Source: a virus (Duplodnaviria > Caudoviricetes). From it: 64,000 bases of DNA. The notes beneath the pieces are model-generated. The model did no database searches. It was not told where the DNA came from and worked only from the letters and a program-made list of their open reading frames with translations. The stretch is from the IMG/VR virus record IMGVR_UViG_3300033463_000004, positions 198,695 to 262,694 of that record; one strand, given 5' to 3'. The first letter of the stretch is position 1. Each line of letters opens with the position of its first letter. The translations under genes were made by a program, and so were the position numbers. Below are positions 57,101-64,000 of this stretch, piece by piece.

Positions 57101-58513
57101 AAAATTTGTATCATATGTACGTTCCACGCCAGGATCCATAATCAATCCAGCAATTTGACGAGTTGATTGATCTTCTGGTTTGTAGAATGGAGTATTATGT
57201 GCAGCATATACAGAAAGATGCTGAGGTGTTAAATTCTCATCATTATTACGAATCCAATCAGGTAATCCTTCCAGATTTGTTAAATCATGCGGATAACGTG
57301 GTTGTTGATCAGGAAAATTTTTTGAAGAACCCATACTGATTCCAGCAAATCCGATATCATTTGTTTTCGTCTCAAATGGAATATTCTCATCAAGACGAAC
57401 ATCAAATGCCGCAATTAATGGCTCTTCTGTTCCATACAGATTATTCACAAATGTTTCAACCGAAACACTGTATGAACCATCTTGCTGGTAAACCCATCCT
57501 GCGTTTGGATTTAAAGTGACAGAATTTGCACCTTTTTCACTTGTGAATTTGATAATTTGTTGATCACTATTGTTTGTATTCTTGAATGCAACATATTTAA
57601 TTGATTTTGAGAAATCGGCAGGTGTATCATTGAATTCACCGATTGCTGGAGCACTGCAGACGAGATCCCAATCTGATAATGTTCCAGATGGAACAGACTC
57701 TGTATCAATTCCAGTTGCTGGATACAATTTACATCTATATGGATATACATCACCGGGATGTCCCATTGTCAGTAACTTTGATCCAGTTTGTGCACCAGAA
57801 ACAACATTATTTTCAATCTGGATACTTGGTCCAATATTGGATTCATCACATGTAAACCATGCTAACGGGAATCCAATCATATTTGGATCAGTGATCAAAG
57901 GTGTTGTTAACGTTGCTGACTCAATGTCTGCCTGGATAGGCTGTAAAACTTCATCTGCAGGGAAATAGAATACTGGATTCGTTACACCTTCAGAAAATTC
58001 GATGGGTTGTTCAATTGTCCATTGATCATTTGCATCCAGCATTTGCAAAATCGGAGTTTCAGATGTTTTATACCATTTATATACAAACACATCTGAATCT
58101 GTTTGATCCGGAGCAATCGGTATATAACATTCCTCAACATTTGAAAGTTTTAATCTGAAATTATGGTATTCGTCATTCATTAACAGATTAATTGATTTCA
58201 AACGCAAGAAATGTAATCCATTCATTTCCGGAATATATGACCATACTGATTTTGCAAGATCAAAGACATCGGACACATTCTCCGAAGAGAATGTGCCCTT
58301 ATTGACAACGACGTCTTTTGTATATAACTTTTCAGTTTCGATAATGATGTCTGAACCAAGATTATCAATGCGACCTTGAAATACATCACCAGTTACAGTA
58401 TCTTGAACTTTTTTCGTTTTATCGGTTTTCAATAACCAATGTTTTCGATCCTGTTCCATGATCATTGCAAATGATGATGCACCAAGATACCATTTTATTT
58501 TCTTAGGATTCAT
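54134..58513 (-). CDS. large tail/baseplate-like structural protein
   Basis: ~1460 aa; GG.GY motifs; triplicated V.GYY...D..FYE module; paralog of upstream gene. Confidence 0.6.
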   Translation of the reverse strand: MNPKKIKWYLGASSFAMIMEQDRKHWLLKTDKTKKVQDTVTGDVFQGRIDNLGSDIIIETEKLYTKDVVVNKGTFSSENVSDVFDLAKSVWSYIPEMNGLHFLRLKSINLLMNDEYHNFRLKLSNVEECYIPIAPDQTDSDVFVYKWYKTSETPILQMLDANDQWTIEQPIEFSEGVTNPVFYFPADEVLQPIQADIESATLTTPLITDPNMIGFPLAWFTCDESNIGPSIQIENNVVSGAQTGSKLLTMGHPGDVYPYRCKLYPATGIDTESVPSGTLSDWDLVCSAPAIGEFNDTPADFSKSIKYVAFKNTNNSDQQIIKFTSEKGANSVTLNPNAGWVYQQDGSYSVSVETFVNNLYGTEEPLIAAFDVRLDENIPFETKTNDIGFAGISMGSSKNFPDQQPRYPHDLTNLEGLPDWIRNNDENLTPQHLSVYAAHNTPFYKPEDQSTRQIAGLIMDPGVERTYDTNFHPGQYKIKSVSVISGGTGYNHKMNEQVVVHGYYNSNDGKFYEELTYVTEITPDPGKLFIDKLTEFNYQYNELSSQYIRLTDFNADLLSDHNRFWVNLNDGSRGRTLFEITSTDEFGVVSDVQPMYAIWGYYNSADYNFYEDMSYTILIEPSMNNVYVDRLTLFEYIYTQNHNYLRIDAEDTVKDMVYGYYDNDTDRFYEDNTKQHEIEPEYGKLYFDMGTGTVYDYIAPGEFSQISSLKSGSANEETYDPMTLTGNHLTTKWLYDNEYDINELMEVRNAQLSGTGDGLMQDGTPWWLHTFTTGINLVLAIEMEQIEEIEAPYTIDDVDPSQIGRVYVLSNDDPKYINNATAKNPKPERTIARICDIPVSVMQLSNISGLAPTSVVDKQYVRSEASYTERDEYFLQNGAKSRWVRPTALDAEGIPIYTGEPDTQSNEFVFDSMDLLNQVDLMYHNDFREITNLNRGVDPNDVSVGYIADGGSGYSEGSSGTIVVGGYSFTYVVTAVSTTGSVLSAEIASNDSSDTRINLANFNFVSTETSSGLTLPYGTSPNNRYNAFSGTGLKIALQIANYAELIPKKGLLFDDLFAFVSDFDGIWYVTHPGNEWVKQQLIAQSYASETASVRGEVSLRDSYINSILPSARTLPVNPMKEYATDVLLNVFTTASSINVVDTNCTPVHVPSTAATSDTDMYDDLTVVDINKLYCRGVKQLHANYRSESAVLQKIKEDGGMIFDSYIFWRWLDQSDSSNFDFIYGVIHRSLNNLQTTDSTSTLPGNNLTTDKYVHTNTQTTIMWNVPHVGPMVWMFDPNSELHEKYYVNAHTRELYVVREYFDWGNIEIIDTANQTKYSLIKNESGTAKTAFNIYTNNPVYSSASTTDDIYQQPGFTKIVNINEEARRLSQPKGSWRLVFPSILETETFKFMSTDGEDPREFTPVKMTILRGSNISNTTDVLNSDGDPVNYKTLLIDENTQTGRVDLRLYDQESHNWTNV

Positions 58514-58531
58514 GACAATCACTCCTTTCTA

Positions 58532-61500
58532 TCATACATATGCCCATTCCCATTTTCCATCATGGAATGTATACTTTCGATATCCTGATTCATGATGTAC
58601 AATCAACATGGTGCATTCAGAAATATCTTCACCATTTTTATACATTCTAAATTTAGTAAGATCAGGTATAGGCATTGTGGGTGTTGGTTCAAGTCTAAAC
58701 ACATATAATGGTTCAACCGTTCGTTGTGTACCATGTGTTGATACATTTATATCAAGCACGTTTACAAGAGGAACAAATCCACCGATTGGTGTATTGTTTG
58801 GAATCTTCATACTCTGTCCTTTTCTTGCAAATAACACAAGATCCGGATTATCATATACAGATGCAGGATATGTTCTGGATATGACATAATCAACCATTGT
58901 ATTGAATTTTGTACTTGGACCAACGTATTTCATATTTCCATTTGATGTGTCATCTTCGATACTTGACGCAACAAAGTTTTTCGTTGCAGTATATAAAGTT
59001 GCAGACATTCCAGTTGGTTTCACCCCAATTGGAATAATCAAATTATTTGCTTTATCATATTCAAGTGATGTAGACACATAAGTATGATCAACACGATACA
59101 TATTACGTTCTATATCAACGACGATTGTGTCACCTATATATGGTTTACGTTCTTCATATGGAACTGTAATTATGTTAGGATATACAATAAAGCTATCTCG
59201 TTGATAAGTTTGACCAACCTCGTATTCCAATTCTGTATAAGAATACAATCTTGAAATATCAGTATTAGATCCAAACTTTTCGAGAATATAATCATACAAC
59301 TCAGAAGATGTCATTTCAGATAATTGAACTCTCAATTCTTCTAGTTGTTCAAATGGTTTCATATGATCAAATCGATATAAATTATAATTCAGATTTGTGA
59401 TGTTATGAAGTCTTGCAGCATCTGAAGGATATGTTTCGGAATCTATTTTCAAAATAGATGCCAAAGATATCACAGAGCTCGTTTGTAATGACAATTGGCC
59501 ATAATTGTATAAATATTCATCATATGTTGCATGCATGATATCATACATAAATGGATATATCATTAGATTATTCGCAATTGTAAATTTAATAGAAGACCAT
59601 GAGTTGTCATATGATGAAATATTTAATCCGGAAAACTTAGGGAATATTAAATTACCATTTCCAAATCTTCCGTTAATATATGATGCATTCATGTCATATG
59701 ACCAAGCAATTGTGTAATAATTTTCTTGGTCATAATCACTTTGTGTTTCAAGTTTTGGAACAGCTGCAACAAAACTATTCCATTTATTCAAACCATTATC
59801 AGATATCAGTTTATGCAAATCTTCTGGATCTGTTATTAATTTTTCGATTGTCATTTCTGGATATTGATATGAACAAATTTTTGTATCTATATCAATTGTC
59901 TTTTCACCAGAAGTATATTGTAAAATGAAATCTTCTTCTAAGTTTCGATTGGTAAACATGTTATACAAATAAGAACCGAGTAAAGTTCTACGTTCAACAG
60001 TTGTCAAATCTTCATATGCAGGATTGCCAATTGAAAGATCTCCTGTGATTTGTATCATTGATGATTGATTCCAACATTCATTTTCATAATCATATTTAAT
60101 AGCATGAATACCACGATTCATATCATCTCTGACAAATGCAAATAAATTTTCATTTGGTAATTTGCGATAACCGATTTCTGTTGAATCACGATAATCCCAG
60201 ATTTCTTGTGGAACGGTCAGTTTGATAACAATTCCATTACCGCTACCAGTTAACTTTGTTGCAGGGCGATATGTTTCGCGTTCACCAATATTTGCGAATG
60301 GAATTTCAACATTATCTGTTTCAGGTTGTCCTGGGATATCTCTATTGATTTCCATTTCAAAATCAAATGCACGTTCTTTACCGTCTGGATCACCAGGAAT
60401 TGGTTCTGTTGCGGTTACAGTTCCTCTGAAGAATAAACCACCGATATTGAAACCAAAAGTATCATCAACATGATATCCGGCACCACCGGATGACAATGTA
60501 AATTCACAATCAGAAACGTTGACTGTACGATTTGGAATACGAACATCTCCAAATGTGTCGATAACATTACTTTTTGATGAATACATCGGTGATGTCAAAA
60601 GTGCCATTGATGGAAAACGTAAACGTGCTGTTGAACGATATTGATATGGTGCATACCAATCGGATTGGCAATAATTCCATAATGTTAAATATTTTTCGTC
60701 ATTCCATGATGCATATGAACGAACATAATCTGGATCAATAACTAATGTAGGTGATAAATTGGTGATATTTTGTAACTGAACAAATGATGTTGGAATATCA
60801 CATATTCTTGCCGCAGTTCTTGGTGCTTTTTGAACTTTCGATGTGGCGTTATTTTCGTATGCTGCGCCATCATTTGTGATCAGATATCCTCGACCATATT
60901 CTGTATCTGGATCGAATTCAATAATACCAGTTGAGAAGAATCTATTTCCATGATATACAAATTTATGTGTATATTTTGCTCCAGGAATTGTAACGTCACA
61001 AAAATGATTTCTATCAATAAAACCTGTATCTGATAAGAAATTCATTTTTGATACGATTGCAGATTCGTCGGTGACATATGTAAACGTATGAGGACCTTGA
61101 TATTTGATTACAGGTTTCATGTCTTTTGTAATTGCTGCATAATCTGTAATTGGTACACCCGAATCCAATATAATTGCAGCAGTTTGTTTATCCATTGCAT
61201 GTTGATTTCGTACATTTGCATCGTCACGAATTGCATACATTTCAACATGTGCATGATGAATCGTTCTGTCGAGATAATATTTATAGTATGACGGTAATCC
61301 ATCAAACTCACATAAATTACGGATTATGCCGAAACGTTTATCAACAGCATTCGTTGTGTAATCCGTTGAATTATCAATATGAATACCCGCATTCATTGCA
61401 TTGATTTCAGATTCATATGGATGATAATATTCGTCTTTGAATGATACTTTGAACATCGGATAGAAAACTTTGCGTTCATTTAAAGAATGCACAACATTGT

Positions 61501-62665
61501 TTTCAAATCCATTCAAAAACATGCATGCAACAATGGGATTGTATATTCCAGAAGGATCATAATCATAATCACCATTTACAGGTTTTCTGAAAGTCCATCT
61601 CAGTTCTTCAGGTAAATTGAATTCTGTTAACGATACTTTTACATATTTATCATCATAATATGAATAGTATTCGAAATCTGGTTCATCTGTAAATGATTCT
61701 GTCGGACAATGTATGAATCCAATCCGTGTCACTTTTGTATTTAAATTGTATTCATCATGTGTTGTGCCAACAAAATCACCATATACTTTTACATACCAAA
61801 ATCCAGTACTGAATGATGGATCGGGAACATTTTCAATTCCATACATATATGGGAATAAAAGAATTGTATCATTTCCATTCACACCAAATTCAAGTAATGG
61901 TCGATGGAAATAATCTTCATTACCAGCATACGGTAAATCATCCCAATGAATACTTTCATTTTCCGGTACAACAAGTTGTGTTTGATACCACCGCATTGGC
62001 GGTAGTATTCTCATATCAGAAGTGCACAACCATAATGCAGGTAAATCAATAAATTGTGTTAGATCATGAATTGTTAATATTCTATTATACATGTCATAGA
62101 TCGATTTGTCTCTTGTCGTTTGATTAATTGCAAAATACCATGTGACATGTTCATCAGTATTATCTTCATTTCCGACATATAATGGATATTCATCACCATC
62201 AATCAATAATACAGGATTTGTCAATGTTGAATAAAATGCAGATATACACGAGTTCTGATCTGAATATGCTTCTGCTCTTGCGAAATATCTGATTGTTACA
62301 TCTGTAAATTTCAAGCCATATGCATGATTTGGTAATAATACGTCAGTTTTCACACAACCCATCAACAAATTCTGTTGAGGATATACATTGATAAAATCTG
62401 AATGTGATATATTAAAAAAGTATGATAACATTTCTGACGGATGAATTATTTTTTCTGGTGGACGATTCATCCGTAATTTCCGTGTTTCAATCAGAATCTC
62501 TGAACCAAAGTTTTCTGATGTTCCAACATATTGCAAACCATCCAAATCTTCATACCCAAAATACTTTGAAGTATGGAGATTATAAAAGCTTTTGGATAAT
62601 TGCAAAAGTTGACGTAAAGCATCAGGAGAAGCAGGAGTTGTTCTCATACGAAGTATATCAGACAT
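58532..62665 (-). CDS. large tail/baseplate-like structural protein
   Basis: 1377 aa; shares RT.ARICDIP.S..QL.NI..L.PT...D..YVRS.AS block with neighbour. Confidence 0.6.
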   Translation of the reverse strand: MSDILRMRTTPASPDALRQLLQLSKSFYNLHTSKYFGYEDLDGLQYVGTSENFGSEILIETRKLRMNRPPEKIIHPSEMLSYFFNISHSDFINVYPQQNLLMGCVKTDVLLPNHAYGLKFTDVTIRYFARAEAYSDQNSCISAFYSTLTNPVLLIDGDEYPLYVGNEDNTDEHVTWYFAINQTTRDKSIYDMYNRILTIHDLTQFIDLPALWLCTSDMRILPPMRWYQTQLVVPENESIHWDDLPYAGNEDYFHRPLLEFGVNGNDTILLFPYMYGIENVPDPSFSTGFWYVKVYGDFVGTTHDEYNLNTKVTRIGFIHCPTESFTDEPDFEYYSYYDDKYVKVSLTEFNLPEELRWTFRKPVNGDYDYDPSGIYNPIVACMFLNGFENNVVHSLNERKVFYPMFKVSFKDEYYHPYESEINAMNAGIHIDNSTDYTTNAVDKRFGIIRNLCEFDGLPSYYKYYLDRTIHHAHVEMYAIRDDANVRNQHAMDKQTAAIILDSGVPITDYAAITKDMKPVIKYQGPHTFTYVTDESAIVSKMNFLSDTGFIDRNHFCDVTIPGAKYTHKFVYHGNRFFSTGIIEFDPDTEYGRGYLITNDGAAYENNATSKVQKAPRTAARICDIPTSFVQLQNITNLSPTLVIDPDYVRSYASWNDEKYLTLWNYCQSDWYAPYQYRSTARLRFPSMALLTSPMYSSKSNVIDTFGDVRIPNRTVNVSDCEFTLSSGGAGYHVDDTFGFNIGGLFFRGTVTATEPIPGDPDGKERAFDFEMEINRDIPGQPETDNVEIPFANIGERETYRPATKLTGSGNGIVIKLTVPQEIWDYRDSTEIGYRKLPNENLFAFVRDDMNRGIHAIKYDYENECWNQSSMIQITGDLSIGNPAYEDLTTVERRTLLGSYLYNMFTNRNLEEDFILQYTSGEKTIDIDTKICSYQYPEMTIEKLITDPEDLHKLISDNGLNKWNSFVAAVPKLETQSDYDQENYYTIAWSYDMNASYINGRFGNGNLIFPKFSGLNISSYDNSWSSIKFTIANNLMIYPFMYDIMHATYDEYLYNYGQLSLQTSSVISLASILKIDSETYPSDAARLHNITNLNYNLYRFDHMKPFEQLEELRVQLSEMTSSELYDYILEKFGSNTDISRLYSYTELEYEVGQTYQRDSFIVYPNIITVPYEERKPYIGDTIVVDIERNMYRVDHTYVSTSLEYDKANNLIIPIGVKPTGMSATLYTATKNFVASSIEDDTSNGNMKYVGPSTKFNTMVDYVISRTYPASVYDNPDLVLFARKGQSMKIPNNTPIGGFVPLVNVLDINVSTHGTQRTVEPLYVFRLEPTPTMPIPDLTKFRMYKNGEDISECTMLIVHHESGYRKYTFHDGKWEWAYV

Positions 62666-62784
62666 TCTTTATTCCTCCTTTCGAAAAAAAATAATTTTCA
62701 TGTATATGTATAATTTTTGTGCTTGGGAATGTAACACTCTTTTACTACACAATTCCCAAATTCAAGAAAGTGAAGGTGATTATT

Positions 62785-64000
62785 GTGATTGACTATGTTA
62801 TCAAACAAATGCACAATCCGATGTCAGGGATTCAAGTTGATCTTGGTGTAGATCAACCGCTTTGGCGCTATGTTCAAAAAGCAATACAAGATATTGAAGT
62901 TTTGAACATCTTGAATCTATATAAATATGACAAGGATATACCTGCACCATTCATACATGTCATCAATTGGAAATGGAATCCACATCCGTTGGCAGAAGAA
63001 ATCCAATACCGCCGGCGTGAAACCGGCGACAAACTTTCAACAAAATCAATTGGAGATACTCGCATTGGTATTCTTGAATTTGATATATACTGTGGAGCAC
63101 GTGACAAAAATAAGAATATCGTCGAAGAGGTTGTCCATAACAAATTATACATCCCGATTGAGGATGAACATGGAAATTATTTGATTGAACACCAGTTGTA
63201 CTCTGAATATCAATTGGTTGATAAGCTGCTTTATCCATCTGGAAACAATTCATTCACGTTGAAATCATTGCTTCCAGTTGTGATAAAATATGAAGACGCA
63301 ACAGAATCTTCAATGGATGGTTATCTTGTAACGTCCAAAGTTGGAATGGTTAAAATTTTCACAACCATGGAACCGATTCTTGCATGCTTCATGCATATAC
63401 CTGGACCACTTTGCTATCTCGGAGTTTACCCAGTATTACAGTTCTGTGACCATGTCCGCGAGCAAGATAAAGATGAATATGAATACTTTCAGCCTATTCC
63501 TGACCGCGATATTTACATTCGTGCATATCGTAAAGGTCTGGAAGAATTCGATTATGTTCGTTCAATTTTGGTCATGGCGATTCCGTTGATTAAGAAGTAT
63601 AATCCAGAAACATTGGAACAATTGAATTCACCTGAATGGTGGATTTATCAATTATCATACTATGATAATATCATTGAACATCGCGGTTCTTGTTATGAAA
63701 TGCATGTTGCAAGAATGCTTGATACAATCTCAGCAAATGTATTACCAATTCCAGAAATTGACAAACGGAATATGATTGCATTATTGCGTTATGTGTTGCA
63801 GACAGAATTTACAGACGTTAATATTTATTCATATGAAAACAAACGACTTCGTCTGAATGAAGTCATCTCAACAATTGTAACTGCTCAAGTATCTGAAAAA
63901 CTGAAGAAGATGTTTAAGTTTGGATTACTTCTGAAGATGACAGATATGCAACCAGCAGTAAAATTCCGTCCAGAATTGATTTTGAAAAATATCTATAAGC
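62785..64000 (+). CDS. phage RNA polymerase beta-like subunit, N-terminal part (truncated by window end; absent from ORF track)
   Basis: open frame from GTG 62785; LYIP..DEHGNYLI...YQLVD and YENKRLRLNE resemble conserved beta-subunit regions. Confidence 0.65.
   Translation, partial: MIDYVIKQMHNPMSGIQVDLGVDQPLWRYVQKAIQDIEVLNILNLYKYDKDIPAPFIHVINWKWNPHPLAEEIQYRRRETGDKLSTKSIGDTRIGILEFDIYCGARDKNKNIVEEVVHNKLYIPIEDEHGNYLIEHQLYSEYQLVDKLLYPSGNNSFTLKSLLPVVIKYEDATESSMDGYLVTSKVGMVKIFTTMEPILACFMHIPGPLCYLGVYPVLQFCDHVREQDKDEYEYFQPIPDRDIYIRAYRKGLEEFDYVRSILVMAIPLIKKYNPETLEQLNSPEWWIYQLSYYDNIIEHRGSCYEMHVARMLDTISANVLPIPEIDKRNMIALLRYVLQTEFTDVNIYSYENKRLRLNEVISTIVTAQVSEKLKKMFKFGLLLKMTDMQPAVKFRPELILKNIYK

Overview
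AT-rich fragment of a jumbo-phage genome, most similar in organisation to the phiKZ/AR9-type phages that encode their own RNA polymerase. The strong GGAGG/GAAAG RBSs suggest a Firmicutes host, but this is inference. 1-21.7 kb: a + strand run of short hypothetical genes plus thyX and a RecA/UvsX-like gene. 21.8-38 kb: mostly - strand, with NAD-dependent ligase, a ~1530-aa multi-enzyme virion polyprotein and head/baseplate-like proteins. 38-54 kb: primase, dCMP deaminase, 11 canonical tRNAs, several aberrant tRNA-like RNAs and structured non-coding stretches. 54-62.7 kb: two large paralogous tail-like proteins, then a truncated RNAP beta-like gene. The standout is a candidate non-CRISPR RNA-guided system: a stand-alone Cas7/RAMP-like gene (51408-52133) flanked by non-coding arrays of 5-nt-periodic NGY-NN repeats (four arrays, ~2.3 kb in total). 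A divergent RAMP paralog (22653-23432) shares an operon with a structured ncRNA. Also notable is a 'double tRNA' RNA made of two tRNA bodies joined through their anticodon stems (45989-46143). All calls are by eye; no database searches were run.
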